In this document: piece after piece, positions 37,141-51,661 of the stretch
Layout: the number at the start of each line of letters is the position of its first letter
How positions within the stretch are numbered: the stretch's first letter is position 1
DNA from: Octopus sinensis
Taxonomy: Eukaryota
Assembly: GCF_006345805.1 (NCBI RefSeq)
Contig: NC_043019.1
Location: forward strand, 21,823,360-21,887,359
Length of the DNA: 64,000 nt
Reading direction: 5' to 3'
The notes under the pieces: generated by a model
The model's database searches: none
Told to the model about the DNA's origin: nothing
Seen by the model: only the letters and a program-made list of their open reading frames with translations
Program-made: the position numbers and the translations under genes

Positions 37141-38023
37141 GCTGAGAGTGATAACCATGAAAGGTGTGTGTGTGTTCTCATCTGTGTTTTGATACTGTTT
37201 ATGTGCTTAAAGCATAAACCACTTAGGTTATATAATGGTTTATACCTGCTGTTAAAAATATGCTGAACTATTGCAAAGTTCATCATGCAAGAGACAAGAG
37301 CCAATAAGTATCTTACTTGGAAATAAGAGTTAGAGGCATAAAGGGCATCTGGTCATAGTATACTGTTTCCAAAAAAAAAAAAAAAGTCTCATCCAACTCA
37401 TGAATGAAAAAAGCAGATATTAAAACAATGGTGGTCGTGATGATAATTACAATGGGTTCTAGAGATGTTTAAGAAAAGGTAGGGTGGTCAAGGATGGGAT
37501 GTATTTGATCAAGGATCAGCAGAATCAGGGCTGATACAGAGCCAAATAACAACATGTGTTGTTTAAAGTTTATAGCACTCAGTGCCCTACCTTACTTTAT
37601 TGCTCCAAAAATCTGCCAGTATGTCTACAGGTTCTTTCTGATATGCTGGCTACTTTCCATCAAGATTCTTTTTCATATATAACAACAACAACAACAAAGA
37701 TAAGTACTGGATATTTGTTCAGCATTTTATGGCACTAATATATTGATGTTTTTTAAGTGTCAATCTTATTTAACCCATTTCTTCATGTTATATATGAGAA
37801 ATAATGAAAATAAAAATTAAAGGGAAAATAGAAAAGAAAAAAAATAACAATCCTCAATATGATGATATATTTATTGCAAGAAGAAGAAAGAGAGAAAGAG
37901 AAAAATAAAACAACAAAGGGAAAAAAATTAGAAAGAAAGGAAAGAAAGATAGCTTATATTGAGAGATGAAATGATACAATCCTGTCACATCAAAAATGAT
38001 TTATTGTAAAACAACAAAACAAC

Positions 38024-38054
<31 letters not shown>

Positions 38055-38448
38055 TGGAACTGAAATTTAAGCCTACTATTTCAGCTGAAATATTTATGTA
38101 CTCCAATATGAAGTAGAAATACTCCCAGTAGAAGTGAGTAGCTTCTTACAGGGAAAGGTTAGGTCTGCTATAAATAGCAGACAAACCTTACCCAAATCAT
38201 ATTCTACTATGTTCAAAAAGAAGTGGTGTGGAGGAAAGAAAGGGCATGTTGAATAATCTAGCCCACAATACATGTGAAATAATAATAATAATAATAATAA
38301 TAATCCTTTGTACTATAGGCACAAGGCCTGAAATTTTGGGGGAGGAGGGGTCAGTTGATTAGATCAACCTCTGTACACTACTGGTACTTAATTTATCAAC
38401 CCCGAATGCATGAAAGGCAAAGTCAACCTCAAAGGAATTTGAACTCAG

Positions 38449-38489
<41 letters not shown>

Positions 38490-38500
38490 TAATAATAATA

Positions 38501-39209
38501 AGCAGCACAAGATCAAGCAATGAGGATTAATTGGATAAAAGCCAAGATAGGCAAAAACCAAGTAGATTCCCAATGTAGGTTATGCAAATCGAAAGAGGAA
38601 AGTGTTACTCATATAGTAAATGAATGTAGCATGCTGGCTCAGAAAGAATACAAGAAAAGACATGATAGCCTAGGAAGAGTAATTCACTGGAGGTTATGTA
38701 GAAAGCTAGGGTTTGACCATACTGATAAGTGATATGAACATGAACCTAGTAAAGTGCTTGAAAGTAAGAAATATAAGATGTGGAACTTTAACATTCAGAC
38801 TGACAGAGTAATAGAAGCTAGAAGGTCTGATTTAGTAGCAGTAGATAAAGAGAATTGAAAGTGTTAGATAATTGACTTTACAGTCCCAGATGATGAGAAA
38901 GTCAATATGAGAGCTATAAAGAGAATTGCAAAAGTATCAGAATCTAGCCATTGAGTTACAGAGACTATGGAAAATGCAGGTAGAATGCATCCCTGTAGTT
39001 ATTGGTGCATTAGGAAGTATCCCTAAAGATTTGAACTGATGGATAGAGGTAATAGGTATAAAACCTAGTTTAGTATAACTCCAGAAAACAGTGATATCAG
39101 GGACAGCTAGAATGCTTAGGAGAGTTCTTGGCATCCAAGGTTATTTGTTGTAGCCTGATGTTAGGAATTTTTTTCTTTTCCAACAGTCTAATCTGTTGTA
39201 TGTATATGA
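38501..39209 (+). mobile_element. R4/Dong-like non-LTR retrotransposon 3' fragment (CCHC zinc knuckle plus RLE endonuclease) in (TAA)n
   Basis: AAQDQAMRINWIKAKI..QCRLC..ESVTHIVNEC..EYKKRHD, NIQTDRVIEARRSDLV, IPVVIGALG, GTARMLRRVL; (TAA)n at 38450-38500 and 39210-39221. Confidence 0.88.
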
Positions 39210-39220
39210 AATAATAATAA

Positions 39221-39700
39221 TATATCCATAAATATGGCTAAGTAGCTATTAAAAACTAACAAGAAATGGTACAAACATGTACCAAACAAAGTACATGACA
39301 ATGACCAGGCCACAATCATCTGGGATATACCTGTTCAAACTGACAAAGAAATAAAAGATAATCACCCAGACATAATACTCAAAGATTGGAAAAAAACACC
39401 TGCTTATTGATAGACATTGCTGTATCATCTGGCCAAAATATTACCCAAAACAAAAGGAAGTGGAGAAATTGTCAAAGTACAAAGACCTCAAAACTGAAAT
39501 ATTCAAGATGTGGGTCATAAAGGTGAAAACAATACCAGTAATAATTTGAGCATTGGATGTGATAAAAAAAAACATATGAACAAAAACAGAAGCTGTATAC
39601 CTGTACCCTTAACACTACACACTACCCCCAAAATAGCCTTCTGGGAACAGCCCATATCCTACACAAGAGACTACCAATTCAGTAATACAACTCAAATAAA
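39221..39700 (+). mobile_element. Second, distinct R4/Dong-like RLE fragment, decayed
   Basis: KWYKHVPNKV..IIWDIPVQTDKEIKDNHPDIILKD..LIDIAV..EKLSKYKDL..TIPVII*ALD. Confidence 0.8.
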
Positions 39701-39736
39701 ATAATCAACAAACACAAGACATGCTCTATACAATAA

Positions 39737-39953
39737 ATCATCATCATCATCATCATCGTTTAACGTCCGTTCTCCATGCTAGCATGGGTTGGACGGTTTG
39801 ACCGGGGATCTGGGAAGCCAGAAGGCTGTACCAGGCTCCGGTCTTATCTGGCAATGTTTCTACAGCTGGATGCCCTTCCTAACGCCAACCACTCTGTGAG
39901 TGTAGTGGGTGCTTTTTACGTGCCACCTGCACTGGTGCCAGGCGAGGCTGGCA
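39737..39953 (-). mobile_element. Family F short retroposon
   Basis: Reverse complement of the 27051 family, with (CAT)n at the left end. Confidence 0.85.
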
Positions 39954-40956
39954 TATCCAATAAAATACACAACCCCCTCAACATGTACTATACAGGCTGG
40001 ATACCCAACAGAAAAACACAACTCACATTATACACACACACACAACACGATAAAATACAAACACAAATTCAACTAAAGACTGCAATCAGACCCCATAACA
40101 AAAGATACTGTCGCAATACCGGGAAGAATTTGCACTCCCACAACAACAAAACAGAACACCCAATGCTGCACACACCTCAGCAACATTGAGAGAGGGAGAG
40201 AGAAAGAGAGACAGACAGACACACGGATAGATAGACAGGTGACACTGCTGAGTGGTTGGTGTTAGGAAGGGCATCCAGCTGTAAAAATCCTGCCAAAACA
40301 GTCATAGAAGTCTGGTGCAGGTTTCAGCCTGGCTGGCTCTGGTGGTACTATCCTACCCATGTTAGCATGGAACACAGACATATGATGATGATGATGATGA
40401 TGGACAGTTGTATTTAATTAGAAATACGGTAAAAAAAGAGTTAAGTATTTTGGTAATGAACATTAGTATTGTAATAGAGTAGAAACAAGAATTAACTGTT
40501 TGGCCAGTTGTCCCTATATCTAACCCATCTTGGGTTAAAGTATTTTCAACAAAAACCACTTAAACAGACACACAAAGATTTCTACAATCTAGATTTCCTT
40601 TACAACAGAGAATAGAGAAACACTGAATGTACCCTTTAGCAGCCATATCCAGCCCAAATATTCCACCTGTTTTGGTCTCTCATACCTATCCTACAACATC
40701 ATTCTAAAAATAAACATTCACATTATCAAAATCTAAACTCTTCATGTGACAGAGAAATCTGAATGCTAAAGGGTTAACCTTGAATGTTAAAACTGAATTA
40801 AATGTCAATGGACACACTCTAGAAACTCTCTTAAGACACTTCAATTGGAAAGAAGAACTTAAATCAATTGAAGCGTTTAGTTTATTTCTGAATATCTGTT
40901 ATTCCTGTGTGTGTATATGTCTATGCACAAACACAAGCACACATACATGTACGTAC

Positions 40957-41007
40957 AGTCCCTGATTTTCCTATTTCAGCTGTGACTGTGTAAGCTTTAC
41001 AATTCAT
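40957..41007 (-). CDS. Candidate 51-nt internal exon (MNCKAYTVTAEIGKSGT)
   Basis: tgttttcattccag| ... |gtacgt, phase 0-0, only this frame open. Confidence 0.25.
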
Positions 41008-41400
41008 CTGGAATGAAAACATTTATTGAGACATTTGTGAATATAAATATGTCAAATAATACTATTATTAGTCAGCTACTGAAAAGTCATGGTTGGGTGT
41101 TCACATATAACTACAACAGAGCTGGCTGATAGTAAAGCTGTGTTACATTCACTTTGTGCTAACAAATGCGGTGCCTAAATCTTCCTAGAATGTTAATCCT
41201 TTTGCTCTTTTGTTAAAAGAATCTTTATCAGCTTTGTAGAAACTTCCTCATATTTACATTTCAACTATGGTGTTAATATAATCAGTCCACCGACAGACAA
41301 AACCTCCAAACTTCTAACTGAACACCTTTCATAAATCTCCTCTCAATCTATCCCTTTCTCTCACACTTACCTCACCACACACACACACCATCCTGTACAG

Positions 41401-41552
41401 CAGTGCTTTTCAACCTTTTTGCTGGAGCGGAACCCCAAGGAAACATTCCACTGGCTCGAGGAACCCCTGTGCAATAATCTAATTGTCTTATGCACACATA
41501 TCTGACAAAGCACTTTTTTCTGATGCTCTAATAATTCTTCCAGCTTGCTGCC
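41401..41552. mobile_element. hAT-type element terminus
   Basis: cagtgcttttcaacctttttgctggagcggaacccc resembles hAT TIR plus subterminal motif; other end not found. Confidence 0.55.
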
Positions 41553-41902
<350 letters not shown>

Positions 41903-41995
41903 TTCTTTTATTTGCTACAAGGGTGGAGGATGGGGGGACAATACAAAGACACATATAAAGTGTGAGGGTTTACATATAATGGAATGATTTGAGAC

Positions 41996-42030
<35 letters not shown>

Positions 42031-42320
42031 GAAGTATACACAGTATACAATAAAAGATATTTGAAATTATTATTATTATTATTATTATTATGCTTTCAAA
42101 TTTTGGTACAAGACCAGCAATTTCTGGGGAGGGGATTAGTCCATAACATCAACTGCAGTGTTCAAATGATACTTATTTTATTGACCCCACCAAGAGGATG
42201 AAGAGTATAGTCGCCCTCGGCAAAATTTGAACTCAGAATGTGAAAGATGAAATGCTGCTAAACATTTTGCCTGGTGTGCTAACGATTCTGTCAGCTTGCT
42301 GAAGACACACCATCCTGTAA

Positions 42321-42712
42321 ACACACACACACTACCATGTACGCATACACACACTACCATGTACGCATACACATACTACCATTTACGCATACACACACTA
42401 CCATGTACACACACACACACTACCATGTACATACACACTAACATGTACACATACACACACACACTACCATGTACATACACACTAACATGTACGCATACAC
42501 ACACTATCATGTACACACACACACTACCATGTACACACACACTACCATGTACACACATACACTACCATGTACACACACACACTACCATGTACACATACAC
42601 ACATTATCATGTACACATACACATACTACCATGTACACACATACACACACTACCAGGCACACACTCACACTACCATGTACACACACACACACTATCATGT
42701 ATACATACACAT
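42321..42712. repeat. Minisatellite: actaccatgtac core plus variable (AC)n spacer, ~20-bp period
   Basis: Core variants recur more than 15 times. Confidence 0.9.
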
Positions 42713-43286
42713 TAACCAGAGTATACAGGTGCACACATATGTGTACACATACACTGTACATTACAAAATAAGGTTGCCAATCTTTGACTTAGACACTAAA
42801 CAGCCCTCAACACCTGTAGCATATGCTGTGTTCTTTTAAATCAGAACATTTTGTATTTCAACTAAATTCAACAAGAGCAACACAAAAATGATAAAAACCA
42901 TTGAAAAAGGGAAAGGATTGGAATAAGAGAAAGATGGTGAAAAGAAGAAAGCCATCTGTCATATATTGAGATATGTTAAATGTCACAAAAGAAATAACTA
43001 AGATCTTTATCTATTGAACTGAAAAATCAACCAATCAGCTGAACTAAGTTTTATGAATCAAAAATGTTTAAAGGCTGAATAATACACTTGAAGAAAAATA
43101 TATTTAAATAACTTTTTTTTCTCTCCTTTACACATATCCTGCTCTTTAGAACTCGGTGAGTAAAATATCTTGATTGTAAAGGTATTCACATATAAATATT
43201 ATTTGAAAAAGGAGGGGGGAAAAATTTGTCTGATATTGTTCACTTAAATAATCCATACATAATATTTCCTATCTAGATTTTACTGT

Positions 43287-43670
43287 GGAAGCACTCCGTT
43301 GGTTACGACGACGAGGGTTCCGGTTGATCCGAATCCACGGAACAGCCTGCTCGTGAAATTAACGTGTAAGTGGCTGAGCACTCCACAGATACGTGTACCC
43401 TTAACATAGTTCTCGGGGATATTCAGCGTGACACAGAGAGTGACAAGGCCGGCCCTTTGAAATACAGGTACAACAGAAACAGGAAGTAAGAGTGAGAGAA
43501 AGTTGTGGTGAAAGAGTACAGCAGGGATCACCACCATCCCCTGCCGGAGCCTCGTGGAGCTTTAGGTGTTTTCGCTCAATAAACACTCACAACGCCCGGT
43601 CTGGGAATCGAAACCGCAATCCTATGACCGCGAGTCCGCTGCCCTAACCACTGGGCCATTGCGCCTCCAC
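43287..43670 (-). mobile_element. SINE family A, full length
   Basis: 12-bp TSD agattttactgt at 43275-86 and 43671-82. Confidence 0.93.
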
Positions 43671-45580
43671 AGATTTTACTGTATTAGGTAAATGAGAGGA
43701 ATTACTCTTCAATAAATGAAATCAAAATCTTCAGTTAAAATTATTCCTAGCGTGCATCAGTTTGGTTTTCCATCTTTACATATTACTTCATTTTAGGTCT
43801 TTAGAAATCACACTTTATTCTTAAAATCTTTAATTTAGAATCTATTCATTGAAACATCTAAATCTTGCAATAATTAATTATTCTTGAACTTTGGTTCAAA
43901 TTATGCATCTTTGAAGGATTACTATCATCATTTTCTTTATACATGACAAAGAGACACAAAATATCTTTACTAACACAAAACATTGAAAAAGTTTTAGTGG
44001 TAATTATCTTTTCTTGTAAAATATTGGCACAAACACTCAAAATGGTTATGGCAGCTAATTAGCTTTTTGTCAGAGGTTAACCAGTAATTTGAATTAAGTT
44101 AGAGTAGATGATTAAAATCACCTTTTTATGACATACAGGTTACAATATCTGTTGAGCAGAATGTGACGTGTATGAATTTCATTAATCCCAGAATTTACTA
44201 TCAAATTAACAAAGTTACACATTATCAAGTACATAAACTAAATTATATTCAATTCCATTAACATTTCATCTAGGCATGTCCAGCCCAAATGGTTAAAACT
44301 GACCTGATTTAACCTCTTGCACTTACCCTACAATGTCATTCTAAAAATATACAAGAACACCATTGAAATCTTGAAGCTACAAGATAATGCATGATTAATT
44401 CAAAATAATGTAGATAAATAAGCATTACATTTGACAAATAAATTTGAATGCTAAAGGGTTAAAGTACCAAATACTATCAGATATTTTAGCACCATACACA
44501 TATTTCCATTCATGGTGTTGTTCTTAGGCAAAAGTATTAACTGCTTACATATATTACAGCAGTGGTTCCTGATCTAAAGGTAATGACCTAATTGAGTCAC
44601 TAAATAATTCTGAAAAGGCCTGCAGAGATAGAAAAAGATTTTTTAATTTTGAACAATTTCATAAAATACAAAATGTTTTATAAATATGTTGTACAATAAG
44701 CCTTAGGCATATTAAAAGCTACATACTGCACAACATTTCCTTCAAATAAAGACTAAGGACTATTCTCTCAAAACGTATCCAGTTTTAAGTGCACTCCATT
44801 AGAATATATATTCTGTGGGAAATTATTTATTATTTTATATATTAATAATAAAGAGGCATAAGAGGAAGATATCTTTTCCGTTAATAAGTACTGATTGCAG
44901 CGTAGCTGAATGGTTAAGCAGTTTTCTTCACAATCATGAGATCTTGGGGTCAATTGCACCATATGACATTTTGGACAAGTATCCTAGATTGACTTAAACA
45001 TTGTGTATGAAGCTGGGTAGATGGAAACAGAAAACCTAACAGATGGGATACATCTGTAATACAAATGTCCAGTCTTGTCACATTCTTTGCTATTCTGATT
45101 CTGACAGAGGATTTGTTAAAGGTACACGTATCTCAGCCACTTAGACACTAATTAGTGAGGCATACCTTATATGGCAAGATGCTCTTCCAACCACCAACCC
45201 TCACCTGTTTCTAAGGCAGATTTTTTACAGTTGGATGCCCTTCCTGTCACCAACTTTCAACTGTTTCCTGGTGAGGTAATATTGTTCTTTGGCCACACAC
45301 ATTTTCATGAAAGATTGAAAATGAAGAACATCATTTGTATGATGAAAATGCACATTTACAACTATTACGTTACGTCAAGACAAGGAAACACACACACACA
45401 CACACAGAGATTAACCTCCATGCAACATATATACACATATGAAGGGTTCTTTTTGGTTTCCATCTCCCAAATCCACTCACAAGGCATTAAAAATAATATT
45501 ATATTTTTTTAGTGTCTAAACCTAAATTGTTAATTATTTAATACAAGAAAACATACTTGTTAATATTAATCTACAGCATA

Positions 45581-45987
45581 TACTCTTTTACTCTTTTACT
45601 TGTTTCAGTCATTTGACTGCGGCCATGCTGGAGCACCACCTTTAGTCGAGCAAATCGACCCCAAGACTTATTCTTTGTAAGCCCAGTACTTATTCTATCG
45701 GTCTCTTTTGCCGAACCGCTAAGTGACGGGGACGTAAACACACCAGCATCGGTTGTCAAACAATGCTAGGGGGACAAACACAGACACACAAACACACACA
45801 CGCATATATATATACATATATACGACAGGCTTCTTTCAGTTTCTGTCTACCAAATCCACTCACAAGGCATTGGTCGGCCCGGGGCTATAGCAGAAGACAC
45901 TTGCCCAAGATGCCACGCAGTGGGACTGAACCTGGAACCATGTGGTTGGTTAGCAAGCTACTTACCACACAGCCACTCCTGCGCCTA
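45581..45987 (-). mobile_element. SINE family B, young full-length copy
   Basis: Near-identical to 5431-5853 and 28540-28948. Confidence 0.9.
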
Positions 45988-48134
45988 TGTTACTATGTAG
46001 TTTATAAAATTATTCTATTTAAATATCTATGTCCAGCCTTGATACATCTATGTCCCTGTCTCCTCCTCTCCTCTTTTTTTCATCTTTATTCTGTTATAAG
46101 ATTAAATGCTTACAAAATTATTCCCCAGTGACATTTAAATAAGTGGTTCTAAGCTAATGCTTACAAAATTTTATTACAATTCCATTCTAAAAACATTTGG
46201 TGGGGTTGGATATTTTGTTTGTGTGAAAATAAAGCACCTTTCTTCAAGTAAAAGAAATTAGATTTACACACAAAAATATGTATAAGTACGCATTTATTGT
46301 GAAGAGCAGATGGGAGCAATTCAACAGAACTAAAAATCCAATTCTGGTTTAAAAGAAAATAAATATTCAAATAGACTGGCAAACACTCATTTCAAATAAG
46401 CAACAACTTCTTTGTACAATGGGATAGAAAATAATTTTTTCCTTTATTTTATTTTTCCCCTCGTTCTTTTCTTTTTTGCAGAAAACAACAAAAGAGATTT
46501 ACACTCTGTAAATAAGTAGACAATATGGTACATGTCTGAAGTATGAAGTTATGTGACAGAGACAGAATATTGGCAGAGATACGTATGATAAATACAGGAA
46601 TATCATTTAGAGAAGAATGAATTGAGAATTACATTTAGTATTACAATCACAAATACAAGAAAGACAGAATGAATATTGAATGGTGTTGTGGTGGGAGGGT
46701 AGGTTCTTAAGTCTTAGTCAGTGCCTGGTAGAGAAAGAAAAAGGAGATAGGAGAGAAAGAGGTTTCACAATGGTTCGGACATGATATGAAAAATTGATCA
46801 TGATTTAAGCTAATCAACTATTGTGATATTCAGAGATATATCCCAGTCTCTCTCATCTCAACCAGATGAATATACGAAGAGAAAAAAATATATAAACACC
46901 AACAAAATATCAAATTTTTTTTTTCTTTTCTGTTTTTCTTGTAGACCACATTCTAAGATTGTATAATAAATCACTTTTTCTTGAGAAAATACTTTACAAA
47001 TATATCAACCAAAACCACTATCCACCTCATCCAATCCAGCCAGAATCATCACACAAAATTTCCATACAGATTGGCACTGCCCCAGAATGAAACCAGTAAA
47101 AATGTAAATATATTTTGACATTTCCAAACTTCAACTCTGAAAAGTACACAAAACAAATGTGAACCAGTGACAAGGTAGCTTTTATAAAGTTACAGCTAGA
47201 AATAATAACCAAATCTTCCTTGAACCACATCTTATTATCTTAGAAATAAAGGCTTCTTCCATACACAATGCAATTCACATGTGGTAAGAAACAAAGTTGC
47301 CATTCTGTATCATAAATAGTGTATAAAGACACACACAAACACACACCTTGTCACTGCTATTTTTATCTTTATGCAACTGTGAGGTAGCCATGTATCTCCT
47401 CTATAGCAAGACATGTGCTTGTCCCTCATCATACTTCAGTCTCTCAGCACATGGCAAAATACACCCACACTCACTTGAACTCCCCCCCTGCTCCATTCCT
47501 TTCATGTCATTCACATTACTCAGTACCGGTGACACAAAGAATAAACGAAGAAACAAACACTCAGTGCATTCTGTAAAGCAGTGGACATTACAAAGGAAAT
47601 CCAGTTAAAAGAAACAATGTCAAAGCTGACAGTGGAGCTTGACACATTTCTTGGATATGTTGGATCCTGTCAAACCATCCAACCCGTGCCAATAAGGAAC
47701 TTGGACATTAAATGATAGTGATGAGGATGATGATATGTGAGAGTGGGGGGAGGCAGAATTGGTAACATACTGAGTTCTAATCCCAGCCATGTTAGCTTTA
47801 TGTTTCCTCCTTCTAAACTCAACAGAAAGAAATATCAACGAAAGTACTTGAGCCAATGTAATTGAATAAACACTTCAAAGTGATGCCCCAGAATGGCCAC
47901 AGTCTTATGTCTGAAACTAATAAAAGAATAGCAATCATCCCTGTAAATTTTAAAGACCTTTCAAAGAATGCTCATTACAGGTGGGGTTTTTTTTTTGTGT
48001 GTGTGTTTCTTTCCTTGAAAAATACTGAAAGGCTTTATGAAAGAAATTTTTTTGTTAAGTGACTGCATTCAAGGTGCATTTAACAAAGCTGCACTGAGAA
48101 TCTATGTCCCCTACTAACAATGGTAGGTCCTTAC

Positions 48135-48208
48135 TTTCATGTTGTGTGTGTCTGTCAAGAATATCAATGAAGATGAATGGTTTCCATCCTCTATTAGAGT
48201 GAAAACTG
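48135..48208 (-). CDS. Candidate 74-nt exon (two open frames: xVFTLIEDGNHSSSLIFLTDTHNMK or xSFHSNRGWKPFIFIDILDRHTQHE)
   Basis: catttcatgttag| ... aaa|gtaagg. Confidence 0.25.
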
Positions 48209-49249
48209 CTAACATGAAATGATGTATGCATCTGTGATTATGTCTGCATATGCATGTATGTATATAAAAGAACATATACATATATGCATGATCTATGCAT
48301 ACATATATGTATGAACGTAAACATTTGTGCATGAGTGTATACATATAAGTGAATATACACATATATGTATTGACACATGCATATATGTATGAATGCATGC
48401 ATACATATGTATGAAATAAGCATATGCCAATGAAGACATGCATATCTATGAATGTATCTCTGGACATATACAGACATATAGGAATGAATATACACATACG
48501 CTGATTACATACTGGGTACAAAAGATGCAGGTTCATGGCCCCCACGTGTTCTTTAACCTTTTTTCTCCTATCTCTTTTATTTTATTTCAGTCATTAGACT
48601 GTGGCCATGCTGGGACACCATCTTAAGGAATCTTTAGTTGAACTAACTGATCCTAATACTTATTTTCTTTTCAAGTCTGGTAATTATTCCATCAGTCTCT
48701 TCTGCTGAACTGCAAAGTTACAAAGATGAAAACACACCAACACCAGTTGTCAAGTGGTGGTGGGAAACAAATACATACACACACATATACGAGCTTCTTT
48801 CAGTTTCTGTCTACAAATCCACTGACAAGGCTTTGGTTGGCCTGAGCCAATAGTGGAAGACACTTGTCCAAGGTGCCACGCACTCGGGAGTGAACCTGGA
48901 ACAATGTGGTTGGAAAGCAAACTTCTTACCACACAGCCATGCCTGCATCTCTACAAAGGTTTTCTTTTTTTTAAACTCATTATAATTATTACACATTATT
49001 ATTAACACTTGTATCTACTTCAAAACTTGTCTTTACAATGATTTATATACATATATAAATGTACAAATATGTATGGCTGTATATGTGTATGTTTGAATGT
49101 ATATGCATTCCAGATAAAAAAATTTAAAAAGACAGAGAGCTATATACAACACTAGCAATGCTGGGTCATAGTGCTAGTGCATGCATATGCAGCTGTGTGT
49201 GTGCGCACATATATGCAAGTACTGTCCAAATCTCCGATCAATCACATAC

Positions 49250-49437
49250 AGCTAGCTGGCATTCAATTGGCGTATCAAGTTTCGGGCATTTTGATTGGGT
49301 TTTGGATAGAAAATTCACAAAAAAGTCACTTCTATTGATTTTTTTAATGGCTTTGCGGGGTGACTGGGGAAATGTAAAGATGTGCAGGACCACCCTTGGA
49401 CAGTTTTGAATGACCATAGAAAGTGCGAGCCTTCTAA
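49250..49437 (-). CDS. Candidate 188-nt exon (xRRLALSMVIQNCPRVVLHIFTFPQSPRK...PIECQLA)
   Basis: caatttttcag| ... gct|gtatgt; 62 open codons in unique, relatively GC-rich sequence; family not recognised. Confidence 0.4.
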
Positions 49438-50262
49438 CTGAAAAATTGTGGATTTGTATAAAGGACACACACACAGACAGACATTTTGCCGTTTATATAT
49501 ATAGAGATTATGTTACAAGTGTGTAGAGCCTAATGTATGAGGGGATGCTAAACTATTTTAATCACCCCAAAATTACAGTCATATCTATAGGCACAGACAT
49601 GATTGTATGGTTGAGAAACTTGCTCCCCAACCATGTGGTCTTCGGTTCAACCCCACTGTGCAGCACTTTGTCTTCTACTAGAGCCTTAGGTCAACCAAAG
49701 TTTTTTGAGACAATTTGGTAAACAGACTGATATATAAACATATGTGATGCATTTGTTCCTCACCACCACTTGACAACTGACATTGGTTTGTTTATGTCCC
49801 ACACAACCTAGAAGTTTTGCAAAACAGACTGATAAAGTACATGACTTGAAAATAAGTACAGGGGTCGATTTGATCAACAAATCCTTCCAGGCAGTGCCCT
49901 AGCATGGCCACAGTCCAATGACCGTAACATGTAAAAAAAAGAAAGATATCAGGAAGAATTAAACATTTTTGAAACAACGATCAAATTAACTAAATAAAGG
50001 TGAAGGAGATAACTCAAAAACAAGCAAGCAAATAAGCAAAAAAAATAAAGAGAGACTATCTTGCTGGATGATAGACTTATTCAGTTAGTCTCTTGTTCAA
50101 CTGGTCTCAGTAGATGCAGAAAAAGGAAACAAACACACACACACACACACACACAGAGGCAGGCAAACAAACACACGTATCAGACACTAACTGCACTTAA
50201 AAATCCATATCAGTATTATAATCTCTCTCTCTTTTCTCTCTTTCTCTCTGTCTGTCTGTCTG

Positions 50263-50294
<32 letters not shown>

Positions 50295-50428
50295 ATACAC
50301 ACCCTATGCTTCTTAATCATGTGCTGTGTTTGTTATTTGTTAATAGTTTCCAATACATACCACTCTAAATTAATGTGTTGGTCAGGTCTTGTTAACACTA
50401 CATTGCATATTCACATGCATTTAATTAC

Positions 50429-50461
<33 letters not shown>

Positions 50462-50663
50462 CAATATTATTACTAAACCCGTACACACACACACACACAG
50501 ATAGAGGCTGTTTATTTAGTACCATTGCCATTGTTCTGACCAGAAATCCTTGCATGTGAGGATAAAACAGTTAGTATCAACAAGTATCTGATTCTGATCT
50601 TTCGCAATAGATTTACATAACTATTGATTGATTTATCGTCTATCACCCGCATCAACACGCGTG

Positions 50664-50695
<32 letters not shown>

Positions 50696-51630
50696 CACAC
50701 CTGCACCTACATATAATATAGCTGCACATCAATATACATGAACAGAGAGAGACTGACACATACACAGCTACATGAGCCAAGCCAGCATCTACATGCAGTA
50801 TATGAACACATCAGTATACAGACATGCACAGACACACACACACAAACACATGTTCCTATCAACAGACACATGGCAAGAAACAAACACATACACATACCCT
50901 AATGTACACACAAATGTGTATGTGCACATGTCTGTCTGTGTATGTGTTTGTGAGTGTGTCTGAGAAATTCTGTTAAAGAGGCATTTTTTAACCTGGTATT
51001 TTAGTTCTTAACATATTTCCTACTTAATCCTAGATATCTGGGAATAAAACTATATTATTCACGCGTGCAAGCGTACACACGCACACGTACACACACATAC
51101 ACATAGCTATAGGTGCAGGCATGGTTGTATGGTTGAGAAGCTGGCTTTGGGACCCTGTGATTTCAGGTTCAGTCCCACTGCATAGCACCTTGTGTGTTTT
51201 CTACTACCCACCTGGATCAACTTATGCCTTGTGAGTGAATTTGTAGACAGAAATTATGCAGACAACCAGTGTTGGTTTGTTTCCATCCCCATAACTTAGT
51301 GCTTCAGCAAAAAAGATTGATAGGGTAGGTACGAGACTTTAAAATGTGTATCAGGGTCGATTTGCTTGATTGAACCCTTCAAGGCAGTGCCCCAGTATTG
51401 CTGTAGTTCTTAATGATTTAAACAAGTAAAATAAAAAATACACACACACATACACACATGCATATACACATACATACGTTTTGAATTTACAAATGAGAAG
51501 AAAAAACACTCAGTAAAAAATAAGTAGAATATAAATATTTATTAAAGAGCTGAGATTGTTCTATGTTGCCGTTCAGAGCTTTAAGTCACTGCTGATCATT
51601 GTCGTGCAAGTGAAATGATTGAAAATAGTG

Positions 51631-51661
<31 letters not shown>

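Noticed and set aside
42321-42712. Repeat-spacer periodicity resembling CRISPR
   Set aside because: Spacers are (AC)n, the core is 12 bp, there are no cas genes and the context is eukaryotic.
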